Origin: Candidatus Woesearchaeota archaeon
GTDB taxonomy: Archaea > Nanobdellota > Nanobdellia > Woesearchaeales > GW2011-AR4
Reading direction: 5' to 3'
Assembly: GCA_016181305.1 (NCBI GenBank)
Contig: JACOZN010000013.1
Location: forward strand, 1-64,000
DNA: 64,000 nucleotides
Positions 18,154 through 27,290 of this stretch are shown piece by piece. Every line of letters starts with the position of its first letter. Position 1 is the first letter of the stretch. The notes under the pieces are model-generated. The model did not search any database, was not told where the DNA came from, and was given only the letters and a program-made list of their open reading frames with translations. The position numbers and the translations under genes are program-made.

Positions 18154-18669
18154 CTATTCCTTTGCGTAATATTCTATCTTCAGCACAAACCTGTAAACTA
18201 TATACGGCAGGACAAAGGAAACGGAATAAACCAAGGCAATAACTATCGAGTTATGCAGATTTGCCAGGCTTAATTTTGACATCAAGTTGTTTGACATATT
18301 TGATATGACAAAGGCATTTGCCAATGCAATTAACGGTATCAGGACGGCCAGAAGCAAATGATGCTTTTTCTCAAGGTGCTCTATGCTTCTTATTACAAGC
18401 TCGAACAACAAGCCAAAAACAATGCCCAAAACCATAAGCACAAGATAAAGAAATGCGCCGTTTAAGGCCACCAGTACAGGAATCAACGCAATTGAGATTG
18501 CGAAGTTTGCGGTGATTATAACGGCAAGAAGCACCCAGTAAATACGCTCTTCCAGAAACTTTATATCGTGCGGCTTGTTTTGCTTGGCGTCCCGTATAAT
18601 CCCGACTGCCCTGACAATCTCTTTTTTTCGCCACCCCTTTTTTTCAAGCCTTTTTACAAGGTTTTCCAT
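18154..18669 (-). CDS. hypothetical membrane protein (about 4 TM)
   Basis: 171-aa ORF with four hydrophobic segments, in an operon-like run. Confidence 0.75.
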   Translation of the reverse strand: MENLVKRLEKKGWRKKEIVRAVGIIRDAKQNKPHDIKFLEERIYWVLLAVIITANFAISIALIPVLVALNGAFLYLVLMVLGIVFGLLFELVIRSIEHLEKKHHLLLAVLIPLIALANAFVISNMSNNLMSKLSLANLHNSIVIALVYSVSFVLPYIVYRFVLKIEYYAKE

Positions 18670-18675
18670 GCTTTG

Positions 18676-19146
18676 CTAGTGCTCTTCCTTCTCCTCATTT
18701 ATTTCCTTTTTGACAAAAGCTATGAAGCTTCTTGTCTTCTCGTAGTATTCTTTCAAAATGTCTATGCTTACCTCGACAATCTCGCCTTTGTCGATTGTCG
18801 CAATCATTGTGACGTGCCTTCTGAACTCCTCCCTTTTTGTGTACTCTGCCTTGCTGAGCTTCCTGAGCCTCATATAAAAATTAATGTAGTCAATCAGCTC
18901 CGCATTGTCAGGAAAAGTTTTTCTGAGCAAGTCGCATCTCAGCCCCTGGTTTGCCGGAATGTTCGCCACAAGCTTTTTTTCCTTTGCGTACTTCAGCAGC
19001 GCCTCAATCCCAAAGCCGATGCAGTTTATCAGCCTGTCAATGACATGCTTTATGACATCTACTGTCCTGGTGTATTTCAGGCTTACCCAGAATAAATGGT
19101 CAACCCTTTTCAACTCCTGAACTGCCTCGTCAAATGACTCCTTCAT
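18676..19146 (-). CDS. conserved hypothetical protein
   Basis: 156-aa helical ORF, tightly packed with its neighbours. Confidence 0.75.
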   Translation of the reverse strand: MKESFDEAVQELKRVDHLFWVSLKYTRTVDVIKHVIDRLINCIGFGIEALLKYAKEKKLVANIPANQGLRCDLLRKTFPDNAELIDYINFYMRLRKLSKAEYTKREEFRRHVTMIATIDKGEIVEVSIDILKEYYEKTRSFIAFVKKEINEEKEEH

Positions 19147-19160
19147 AGAACATCCAAAAA

Positions 19161-19502
19161 TTATTTGTTTTGTATTTTTAATATCGCCTTTGCCAGATTG
19201 CCGTTATTGCTCTGCAAGGCCTCCAATGCCTCATTTTTTGTGCAGTTGGTTTGCTCCATAACTGTTGCCAAGTCGTCTTCGTCTATCTCCGGTGTTTCAT
19301 TCTTTTCAATTTCCGTTATATCGCCAACGACCTGAAATGTTTCCTGCCCCATCATGTTGACTTTGCTTACACGGGGGTTTTTAATGACAAAGTCCTTTTC
19401 GGCTGTTTTAATGATGACGAGCTCTGCATCGATTTCTTCCTGCCTGATGCCTAGCCTTTTCATCGCCTTCTGCATCTCCCTCGGGTTCATTCCAGGAAAC
19501 AT
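19161..19502 (-). CDS. nac: nascent polypeptide-associated complex protein
   Basis: MNPREMQKAMKRLGI N-terminus and a C-terminal UBA-like DDLATVMEQT..GNLAKAI. Confidence 0.95.
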   Translation of the reverse strand: MFPGMNPREMQKAMKRLGIRQEEIDAELVIIKTAEKDFVIKNPRVSKVNMMGQETFQVVGDITEIEKNETPEIDEDDLATVMEQTNCTKNEALEALQSNNGNLAKAILKIQNK

Positions 19503-19506
19503 TATC

Positions 19507-19683
19507 TCACCTTATTCCAAGCAGCCTGTTGCCGTAAGAGTAGAGAAGCAGCATTATGACAATGACGACAACACACAGCACTATTATGTGCCCGGGCTTG
19601 AACTTAATCTTGCTCTTGTACTCGTCAAAATATCGCACTAAGCCGCCCATTCCCGAGGGCATTGAAATCCTGTCTTGGGCCAT
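19507..19683 (-). CDS. secG: preprotein translocase Sec61beta/SecG
   Basis: Manual translation MAQDRISMPSGMGGLVRYFDEYKSKIKFKPGHIIVLCVVVIVIMLLL... (58 aa). Not in the ORF track. Confidence 0.92.
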   Translation of the reverse strand: MAQDRISMPSGMGGLVRYFDEYKSKIKFKPGHIIVLCVVVIVIMLLLYSYGNRLLGIR

Positions 19684-19721
19684 TTTTAATCACTACAAAT
19701 TCCAGTTTATAAATTAAAGCT

Positions 19722-20057
19722 GCAGGGCTTGAATAAGCCGCCTTTTGTCAGGCCCCGAGTGTGACATGAAAATCACGACAGCCTGCCTTAGCATTAAACT
19801 AAGCGTCTTTTAAGACTTGCACCAGCCAGGGCTCACCGTTTCACCCATGCTGCAAAAACGTCAGTTGGTTAGCTCGATTCCCTCGCAGGAACCTTCACAA
19901 ATTTCATCCTTAATTGCAGCGGTCTCGTTTCTGAGTGGTTGCCCCCTATTGCTAGGGCTCGCTTCCGCGAGTGGCTCTGATCAGTCAGCAAGCCTTTGAG
20001 GCTTGAGTGGGCGGACTTTCCTCAGTTGCAAAAACCGAAGCTAAGTACAAACCCTGC
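19722..20057 (-). ncRNA. rnpB: RNase P RNA
   Basis: GAGGAAAGTCCGCCC at 20023-20009, 3' ACAAAAGGCGGCTTAT, and terminal helix GCAGGGTT/AGCCCTGC. Confidence 0.93.
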
Positions 20058-20088
20058 TTATTATAGAATGAAAAGTGTATATATAAAA

Positions 20089-20367
20089 TTATCTGTTTTT
20101 TCTTTTCAGTATGGTTTCCTTTAAGCCCTTAATCTCGTCAAGCTGCTCAAGCAGAATGCCCTCCTTTATGTCCTCCCCTATTGCAAGCAGAATTATAAAT
20201 ATCACCATCAAAAGCCACAAAAAGACCGTCTGGAGGAAGCCCCAGCTTATTTTGTAGCCCTCTGCAATAAAAACCTTGTTTATGAAAAAATACCCGATGA
20301 TAAGGACAAGGAAGCCAACCACCAATAGCAGCTTCTCAAAAACACTCGTGCGCCTCTTTTTTTCCAT
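20089..20367 (-). CDS. small two-TM hypothetical protein
   Basis: 92 aa with two hydrophobic helices and a charged tail. Confidence 0.75.
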   Translation of the reverse strand: MEKKRRTSVFEKLLLVVGFLVLIIGYFFINKVFIAEGYKISWGFLQTVFLWLLMVIFIILLAIGEDIKEGILLEQLDEIKGLKETILKRKNR

Positions 20368-20391
20368 TGCGAGACAATTTGAATGTTATGT

Positions 20392-21516
20392 TTATATATT
20401 TTTCTTTTTGAACACCATGATTTTCAGCACCTGCTCGCCGCTCCAGACATCCTTTTCCCTGTGAACGGCAAAATCGCGCTTTTCCGCATGCTTTTTCACG
20501 AAATCAGGAATTCTGGACACTATTGCAACAGTCCCATTATTTTTCAGTATGTAATCGCACTGGTAAAAAAATTCGCCATACACCTTCTCCAGATTCGCAT
20601 TTTTCGATGTCGGGGGGTTGGTTATGATTCTGTCAACGCTTTCTTTACTGAACTTTATGTCAAGCCATTCGAGCTCAACCCTGCTGAAATTAATGTGCTT
20701 GTCCACGCCTGCAATTTTGGCATTTTTCCTTGAGTAATCAACATACTTGAACAGGTGGTCATATGAGTATATCTCCGCCTTTGACTTTTTTATGCTTTTG
20801 TCAACGCCTTCAAAGAATTCCTCAAAATCAACCCCAATCCTCAATCTCAAAAAGGCAAACTTGCCCTTCTTATAATAGTTGACGGGAAAGCCGGCTGCGT
20901 AAAAGGCAGCTTCTATCGCAACAACCCCGTCCCTTGAAAAAGGGTCGAGCGCCACATCATCCTTTCCAAAGCCGCTTTCCTTCACCAAGGCGTATGCAAT
21001 TGTGCCCCTCAAGGAATTGGAGTGGAGGAAAATCTTGTAAGCCCTTTTGTTAAGCTCGAACCCGGAAAAGTCAACCCCGAAATAGCATTTGTTATCAAAG
21101 ATATAAACCAAAAAAATGATGACATGGCTTTTCATGTCAAATTTTTTATTTTTGAATTTGCCCTGTATAAGCCCCGCAGCCTTCCCCTCCACGTTCACGC
21201 TGTTAAAATCATGCTTTCCCTCCCTTATGCACTCAACCCTGAATTTCTTGCTTTCACCAATCCACTTGTCAAATTTCAATTTATCTATAAATTTTCTAAA
21301 ATCTTCAAAAAAATCTTCAAACTCAAAGCTTCCTAGAAGATAAGCAATCCTGTCGGCAGACTGGCACTTGTAGCACAGCAGGCATAAGTCCTTAAAATCC
21401 CTGAAATCAAAGATAACACACCCGGTTTCCTGCTTGCAATTGGCATTTATAAGCCCTTTAATCTCTATAGCTGCCGTGCCTTCAATGCCTCTTGATGTTA
21501 TGGCAAGCCCTTTCAT
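20392..21516 (-). CDS. THUMP-domain RNA methyltransferase (Trm14/RlmL-like)
   Basis: THUMP region, ELNKRAYK, a degenerate DPFSRDG SAM motif and ITNPP. Confidence 0.85.
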   Translation of the reverse strand: MKGLAITSRGIEGTAAIEIKGLINANCKQETGCVIFDFRDFKDLCLLCYKCQSADRIAYLLGSFEFEDFFEDFRKFIDKLKFDKWIGESKKFRVECIREGKHDFNSVNVEGKAAGLIQGKFKNKKFDMKSHVIIFLVYIFDNKCYFGVDFSGFELNKRAYKIFLHSNSLRGTIAYALVKESGFGKDDVALDPFSRDGVVAIEAAFYAAGFPVNYYKKGKFAFLRLRIGVDFEEFFEGVDKSIKKSKAEIYSYDHLFKYVDYSRKNAKIAGVDKHINFSRVELEWLDIKFSKESVDRIITNPPTSKNANLEKVYGEFFYQCDYILKNNGTVAIVSRIPDFVKKHAEKRDFAVHREKDVWSGEQVLKIMVFKKKNI

Positions 21517-21553
21517 AGAATAAAAGCAATCAGCCTTGTTTAAAAATATTTGG

Positions 21554-21736
21554 CTATTTTTTAATCAATGATTTTTTATTTAGCCTTGCCTGCAATCCGT
21601 GGCTTGACTTTAAGTGCTTGAAGAACTCGATCTGCCTGAGCCTTTTCACTGCTTCCTTTTTTGTTTTGTAAGTGCCGAACTTCCTGCCTGTTGTCTCTGA
21701 CAGGACAACGTATTTGCCTTTAATCTTTTTTATCAT
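21554..21736 (-). CDS. small basic hypothetical protein
   Basis: 60 aa, YVVLSETTGRKFGTYKTKKEAVKRLRQIEFFKH; translationally coupled to the upstream gene. Confidence 0.7.
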   Translation of the reverse strand: MIKKIKGKYVVLSETTGRKFGTYKTKKEAVKRLRQIEFFKHLKSSHGLQARLNKKSLIKK

Positions 21737-23832
21737 TAACCCTTTTTCACATCCAGTATTATATAATCTTCTGAATCACAAGAAGTTGTTATACTGAAAT
21801 AACTGATCCCGCATCTGCTTCCATCGGCATTGCACCGTTCACTGCAGGATTTGCCGGCATAAGCAAGCCACGTATCAGTTGTTTTGCACGATGTCGGCTC
21901 TCCCTGAGTTTCAGCGTATCCGTCTGCACATGTCCATTCAGCGTTCCTGAAAGTCTGCTCCTGCGGGCTCTTTATGCAGGCTCCATTTCTGCACCCGCTG
22001 TAGCATCCGTAAGCGTAGGTGAAAATACTCCCATCCTCATCGCACAATGCCTCATTGAGATTAAATTTGTCAAGGCAGTAGTCCGTTACCGTTATTTTGT
22101 AATATAAGCCCAAACTCGATTCAGCGACTCCTTTTGCAAAAATATTCTTCCCGCCATCAGAATCCGTGCATACAGGCGGTTGCACGATGCTGAATGGAGC
22201 GTCGCTTGCGTCATAAGCACCATTCCCTTCCTGCCCTAAAAGATAAATTACAATATAAACATCATCGGCAGCCAGTTGGGGAACCCAGTCATAACTTCCG
22301 GTATTGGCAACATTTGCGGCAATCATATTTTCATATGCAGGAGTTACATCGTACCCCCCGCCCCTTAAGGCAATATTAACCATGCTGTTAGCTGGGAAAT
22401 TTGAAGTCTGCCATTTTACTGTTATTGTTTCACCCACTCTAAATGCCCCCCACCCATTCGGCGAAATAACTTGGATATACGGTTTTGGCTTATCAGCGCA
22501 TTTCTGTATTGGAGGCGGCGGCGGTTGTTTTCCACCTCCACCAGGCTTGCTTATAGTGTCAGCAAGCTGGCAGTAGTCATACTTTAAGCATTCTTCCACA
22601 CTTAATTCAGAGCAGCTTTTCAGGCAAGCTCCGTCTTTGCAGCCGTTGGGACAATCATATTTCTCTTTACCTGAAGTTCCGTCTTTATTGCAGGAATGCT
22701 CTGCTAAGACACATCCACCTTTGCCTTCGCACGGGCCATAACCCTGATCATAATTGTAGCAGAAATCAGTTGCTTCTTGTCCATTTGCAGATACTGTTCC
22801 TTTAACAAAATAATCCTTTCCGCCGTCAGAATCCGTGCATACATTAACTATTGAAGCGTCCAAATTCGCCAGCTTAAAGCCTGCAGGATCCCCATAATTC
22901 AGCCCGTTAAATGCTATCTTAAGCCCCAAGCCTTCAACGCTTGAGCCTTGGGAAATTGTATATTCCGATGATTGGGAAGTGCAGTAGTCCCCTCCCAGTG
23001 GGCGGCAGTAATTAGGGCTTGAAACCGTAATCTTTACAGAAGGCACAGGCGGTGGGGGCGGTTGCTTCCCACCTCCTCCAGCAGCTTGCGCATCATTTAT
23101 ACTTTCAAGCTTGATTTTCACATCTTGGTAGTTTGTTGTTCTGGCTGATTGCCCTTCTGAAAGTGAAAATGGTGAAGGCACGCTGATTTCTATTTCTTTT
23201 TGGCAGTCCTGCGGGCAGGTTCCTTTTGTGCATGGCGCTAGGCAAGGTGGATTTGCATTTGTGCAAGGCGGGCAATGGGAATCCTCTCCTTCCTCGCATA
23301 TGCTGTTGCCGCAAGTTGACTCCAAACATTTTCCGCCAATGCATGAATATTGCGGGCATGGCGCCCGAATGCACCTTATCTGCGGGCAATCAGAATCTGT
23401 TGAGCATTTTTTTACACATTTGCCGCCTGCATCCGGGAAGTCTCCTGCAAGCTGGCATGCCAATCTATCGCAGCATCCGATACCAGCAATGCCGCCGCAG
23501 AATTGATTCTCCTCCGCACATTTTGTTGGAGGTATTGGCGGAGGCACAGCCTTTTCCCCGCACTTGTCGGTGCAGGTATTGGGAATAATTCTGCTTGACT
23601 CGCCATCGTCGTCAATCTCGCAATAATGGGTGCACTCCTGTTGGTCCTCCCCTCCGCAGGCTCTTGTATATTTAGTATCGCCGTCATCATCATATTGTCT
23701 GGCATTGCATGCAGTAACAGCCTGAGAAGGCACTCCAAGCTGCCCGAGCTGGGCAATTGCCATGCCTGCCAAAAACACTAAAACCACTAAGACAAAGAAA
23801 AACCTGCTCTTAAAATCACCTTTTTTGAGCAT
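21736..23832 (-). CDS. cysteine-rich secreted/surface protein with repeated modules
   Basis: Signal peptide; many Cys clusters; CTDSDGGK twice; GGGGKQPPPPP twice; Ig-like IQVISPNG..GETITVKW module. Confidence 0.85.
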   Translation of the reverse strand: MLKKGDFKSRFFFVLVVLVFLAGMAIAQLGQLGVPSQAVTACNARQYDDDGDTKYTRACGGEDQQECTHYCEIDDDGESSRIIPNTCTDKCGEKAVPPPIPPTKCAEENQFCGGIAGIGCCDRLACQLAGDFPDAGGKCVKKCSTDSDCPQIRCIRAPCPQYSCIGGKCLESTCGNSICEEGEDSHCPPCTNANPPCLAPCTKGTCPQDCQKEIEISVPSPFSLSEGQSARTTNYQDVKIKLESINDAQAAGGGGKQPPPPPVPSVKITVSSPNYCRPLGGDYCTSQSSEYTISQGSSVEGLGLKIAFNGLNYGDPAGFKLANLDASIVNVCTDSDGGKDYFVKGTVSANGQEATDFCYNYDQGYGPCEGKGGCVLAEHSCNKDGTSGKEKYDCPNGCKDGACLKSCSELSVEECLKYDYCQLADTISKPGGGGKQPPPPPIQKCADKPKPYIQVISPNGWGAFRVGETITVKWQTSNFPANSMVNIALRGGGYDVTPAYENMIAANVANTGSYDWVPQLAADDVYIVIYLLGQEGNGAYDASDAPFSIVQPPVCTDSDGGKNIFAKGVAESSLGLYYKITVTDYCLDKFNLNEALCDEDGSIFTYAYGCYSGCRNGACIKSPQEQTFRNAEWTCADGYAETQGEPTSCKTTDTWLAYAGKSCSERCNADGSRCGISYFSITTSCDSEDYIILDVKKG

Positions 23833-23905
23833 AATAATCCATTTTTTTTCCCATATATAAATATTTTACTAAAGAGAATTTTGATTATCTATATATTTGT
23901 CAAAT

Positions 23906-24039
23906 CCTAAAAATGCATAATGCATTTTTTGGAACTTCAAAATTAAAATTTTGAAGTATTCTCTAAGAGAACTTTGAATGTCCTAAAAAATTGCAATGCA
24001 ATTTTTGGGAATGTCGAAAATGCTTTGCATTTTCGAACA
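23906..24039. repeat. cluster of short palindromes
   Basis: CCTAAAAATGCA-TAA-TGCATTTTTTGG; TTCAAAATT-AA-AATTTTGAA; TCCTAAAAAATTGCA-A-TGCAATTTTTGGGA; TCGAAAATGC-TTT-GCATTTTCGA. Confidence 0.8.
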
Positions 24040-24915
24040 CCTCGCAATTCCAAGGACGTCTATATCAAAAAAAGCAACTTTGCTTTGGCAGTCAATTTTC
24101 TTTGATAGAATCACATTTTTTTTGCCCCCATCCTCGCTAATCTGGACAAAAGGAATCTCTGGAGGGCATTCGCTGCCGATAACAGCGGGGTTGTACCTGA
24201 TCCTTAACTCGGCTTGCGGGCTAAATCTGGTCCCTACAGGGCCAAACTTGTAAATATCGCTTGCGCCCTGCTGGGCTTGCGCAATTGTAGGCTCCACAAC
24301 CTCTATTGTGATCTCATCCGAGTTAACTTGGGTCCCTTTATGCACTTCTATAGTAACTATTTCGTCAGCAGACTGGAGGATTGTCTTCTCTTCCCTGACG
24401 ATTTTCGCCTTGGTTATAAAATCTGCAACAATTTTGGCTTTTCCGCCGCCTAAACCCTCAAGTCCAATCTCAACCTTGTTGTTTTTGCTGTGAAAGCAGT
24501 TCATATAGGGGTAGTGATTTATGTTAAAGTTCCCGATTTCTGAAGAATGGATATCGGCATAGCCTATAAAGAACAGGTTTTTGCTTGTATTGCTGGTTAG
24601 GCTGTCCATGACAAGAGGATAATACGCTATTAATTTGCTTGAAAGCACCTGGTCTTTTTTGCCGGTATCAACAAAGCACACCTCATTAAGATTCCGAGGG
24701 ACAAGATAAGAAATCTTCTTGAAGGTCCCATACTCCCTGCCAACGGACTTTGCGTCTGCCTCAAGCTTGTTCTGAAACTGCAAAAGCTCTCCCTTGTCGA
24801 TTACTTTCCTGCTGCTGCCCAAGTACCTGTAGCCCATGACAAGGATTACCCCTACAACCACAACAGTCAATGCGTAAACAAAAGCCTCTGAACCGAGCTG
24901 GCCTCTTTTTGCCAT
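23983..24915 (-). CDS. pilin-like (class III signal peptide) protein with a C-terminal beta domain
   Basis: MAKRGQ|LGSEAFVYALTVVVVGVILVMG prepilin-like N-terminus; C-terminal YKFGPVGTRFSPQAELRIRY (ZU5-like). Confidence 0.7.
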   Translation of the reverse strand: MAKRGQLGSEAFVYALTVVVVGVILVMGYRYLGSSRKVIDKGELLQFQNKLEADAKSVGREYGTFKKISYLVPRNLNEVCFVDTGKKDQVLSSKLIAYYPLVMDSLTSNTSKNLFFIGYADIHSSEIGNFNINHYPYMNCFHSKNNKVEIGLEGLGGGKAKIVADFITKAKIVREEKTILQSADEIVTIEVHKGTQVNSDEITIEVVEPTIAQAQQGASDIYKFGPVGTRFSPQAELRIRYNPAVIGSECPPEIPFVQISEDGGKKNVILSKKIDCQSKVAFFDIDVLGIARCSKMQSIFDIPKNCIAIF

Positions 24916-24998
24916 GAGCGGAATTTGTCTGCTTAATTTAAATAACTTTCCACTATGGCACAGAAATATTTATATCAACATGCGGGTACTCAGCCCTG

Positions 24999-25379
24999 AT
25001 GAAGAGGATAATACTTGACACAAATTTTTTGCTTATACCCATTCAGTTCAGGGTAGACATATTTTCAGAGCTTGGCAGGATATGCAATTTCAACTACAAC
25101 CTATGCATTTTTGAGCAGACAATAAGCGAACTCAAAAATATCATTGAAAAGCAGTCAGGAAAAAGCAAAAAAGCCGCCCAATTTGCCCTGAAGCTTATAA
25201 GGCTTAAGAATATTGGAATAATCAAGTCAGGGCAAAAGGATACTGATTCATTGATTTTGGAAAATCTGGACAAAAACACAATAGTGGCGACACAGGACAT
25301 TGAGCTTAAAAGGCAGCTGCTTAAGAAAGGCACTTCTGTGGTTATACTAAGGAAGAAAAAATACCTCGAGCTTTACTGA
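24999..25379 (+). CDS. PIN-domain nuclease (Fcf1/Utp24-like)
   Basis: IILDTNFLL, DTD and VATQD; canonical position upstream of rpoE1. Confidence 0.92.
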   Translation: MKRIILDTNFLLIPIQFRVDIFSELGRICNFNYNLCIFEQTISELKNIIEKQSGKSKKAAQFALKLIRLKNIGIIKSGQKDTDSLILENLDKNTIVATQDIELKRQLLKKGTSVVILRKKKYLELY

Positions 25380-25454
25380 AAGAAAGCTTTATAAATGAGG
25401 CTCTTATCCTGGAAAGCATTGACTAGTTGAAGTCATTTAATAATTGAGGGCAAA

Positions 25455-26063
25455 ATGTTCTATAAAACTGAACTGAAAGACTATATCAGGGTGCCTCCTA
25501 ACTTATTCAGCATGCCGCTGGAGGAGGCCGTAATCAAGAGGATAAAGACAAAATACAGCGGCTTTATCTCAAAAGACCTTGGCATCGTCATAGATGTTGC
25601 AGGAGTCAAGGAAATAGGCGAGGGCGTGATAATAGCAGGAGACGGCGCTTCCTACTACAACGTCATGTTCGAGCTTTTGACTTTCAAGCCTGAGATGCAG
25701 GAAGTCGTGCTTGGCAAGATAAAGGACATTGCCGAATTTGGAGCTTTCATCAACATAGGGCCAATAGACGGCATGATTCACATAAGCCAGACTATGGATG
25801 ATTTTGTGAGCTTCAGCAAGGATAAGTCACTCACAGGAAAGGAGACAAAAAGGGTTTTGAAGGTTAATGACTTGTGCCGGGCAAGGATAATAGCGGTCTC
25901 GTTCAAGGATATGCTTAACCCCAAGCTTGGGCTTACAATGAGGCAGCAGGGCCTGGGGAGAATTGACTGGGTAAAGGAAGACATAGAGGAAAAAGCCCCG
26001 AAGAAAGATGAAAAGGAGGGCAAAGATAAGGAGCCAAGGGAAAAGAGGGAGCATAAAAAATAA
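25455..26063 (+). CDS. rpoE1: RNA polymerase subunit E' (Rpo7)
   Basis: IRVPP, GDGASYY, EFGAFINIGPIDGMIHISQ and LTMRQQGLG. Confidence 0.97.
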   Translation: MFYKTELKDYIRVPPNLFSMPLEEAVIKRIKTKYSGFISKDLGIVIDVAGVKEIGEGVIIAGDGASYYNVMFELLTFKPEMQEVVLGKIKDIAEFGAFINIGPIDGMIHISQTMDDFVSFSKDKSLTGKETKRVLKVNDLCRARIIAVSFKDMLNPKLGLTMRQQGLGRIDWVKEDIEEKAPKKDEKEGKDKEPREKREHKK

Positions 26064-26084
26064 TCAAAACAAGGTGTTTTAACC

Positions 26085-26270
26085 ATGAAAAAAAAATCAT
26101 GCAAAAGATGCAAAATGCTTGTTGAAGGCAGCGAGTGCCCTGTCTGCAAGACAAACCAGTTTTCAACGAACTGGCAGGGGCGCCTGTACATAATTGACCC
26201 CAACAAGTCAATAATAGCAGAGAAGATAGGGCTTAAGGCCAAAGGCGAATACGCAATCAAGGTGAGGTAA
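26085..26270 (+). CDS. spt4: transcription elongation factor Spt4 (RpoE'')
   Basis: CKRC..CPVC, WQG and GEYAIKVR. Confidence 0.96.
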   Translation: MKKKSCKRCKMLVEGSECPVCKTNQFSTNWQGRLYIIDPNKSIIAEKIGLKAKGEYAIKVR

Positions 26271-26275
26271 TCCCC

Positions 26276-26572
26276 ATGCAGCTGAATGTAACAAGCAAAA
26301 AGGAAGAGCCGTTGCTTTCAAGGACAATGGTAAAGGCAACCCTGGATTTCGAAAAGGCAACGCCGTCCTATAATGAAGTTACCTCCCTGCTCGCAACGCA
26401 GATGAAAACCGACGAAAAATTGATTGCGATAAGGCATGTTTACAATTCATTCGGCGCAAGAAAAGCGGATGTTACAGCATACATCTACAATGACGAAGCC
26501 AAGAAGCAGCTGATCGAGCCGAAGCTGAAAGAGAAAAAGGACAAGAAGGCGAAAGAGGCAAAGAAAGCGTAA
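26276..26572 (+). CDS. rps24e: 30S ribosomal protein S24e
   Basis: EPLLSR, ATPS and FG..A.IY pattern; conserved context. Confidence 0.93.
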   Translation: MQLNVTSKKEEPLLSRTMVKATLDFEKATPSYNEVTSLLATQMKTDEKLIAIRHVYNSFGARKADVTAYIYNDEAKKQLIEPKLKEKKDKKAKEAKKA

Positions 26573-26610
26573 ATCAATAAAATATACAAAATCAAGCAAT
26601 CCAGTTAAAA

Positions 26611-26790
26611 ATGGCCAAAGAAGCAAAGAAAAAATCCAAAGGCAAGTGGAATTTATACCAAGTGTCAGGCAGCAAAATTGAAAGGAAAAACAAATCATGC
26701 CCGAAGTGCGGCTCCGGGACATTCATGGCAAAGCATGCAAGCAGAATGTACTGCGGGCAATGCCATTATACGGAATTCTCCGGGAAATGA
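26611..26790 (+). CDS. rps27ae: 30S ribosomal protein S27ae
   Basis: Manual translation ...RKNKSCPKCGSGTFMAKHASRMYCGQCHYTEF. Not in the ORF track. Confidence 0.96.
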   Translation: MAKEAKKKSKGKWNLYQVSGSKIERKNKSCPKCGSGTFMAKHASRMYCGQCHYTEFSGK

Positions 26791-26832
26791 CGTTTACAAA
26801 AATATAAATAGATATTCTAAACTTATTACTTT

Positions 26833-27282
26833 ATGTCTAAAAAATCTCTAAAAGAAAGTAATAAAGACTATTTTATAATATGCCCCAGATGCGGAAGCAC
26901 TAATGTATATCACGACTTAAGTAAAGATATGATGGCATGGGGTGCTCCCACTAGATGGTTATGCAAAAATTGTGATTACTCTGCAATTGTATTCCCTAAA
27001 TTACACAAATCCAAAATAGAAGAATTCAAAAAGAAATTACAACAAAGAACTAAAGAACAAGCAGAAATTATAAATAGATCAACAATCACAAAAGGATTTG
27101 TAAATAAAAAATTTAATACTATATTGTTAGTTATTTATGTGATTAGCATACTAATTGGTTTGATAATGTTAATTGATTATATTATAAAAAATCAGAACTA
27201 TGCATTATTTGTTTTTATTTTGTTGCTAATTTTCACAATTTCTATAGGAGTTTTTTTGAATAAATTAATTAAAGATTTTTAA
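26833..27282 (+). CDS. Zn-ribbon plus two-TM hypothetical protein
   Basis: CPRC and CKNC pairs with C-terminal TMs; AT-rich. Confidence 0.75.
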   Translation: MSKKSLKESNKDYFIICPRCGSTNVYHDLSKDMMAWGAPTRWLCKNCDYSAIVFPKLHKSKIEEFKKKLQQRTKEQAEIINRSTITKGFVNKKFNTILLVIYVISILIGLIMLIDYIIKNQNYALFVFILLLIFTISIGVFLNKLIKDF

Positions 27283-27290
27283 AATAAAAA

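Noticed and set aside
24999-26790. Missing eIF2-gamma and DUF359 genes from the PIN-rpoE1-spt4-S24e-S27ae cluster
   Set aside because: Ordinary gene-order erosion in reduced archaea; it cannot be read as gene loss from one window.
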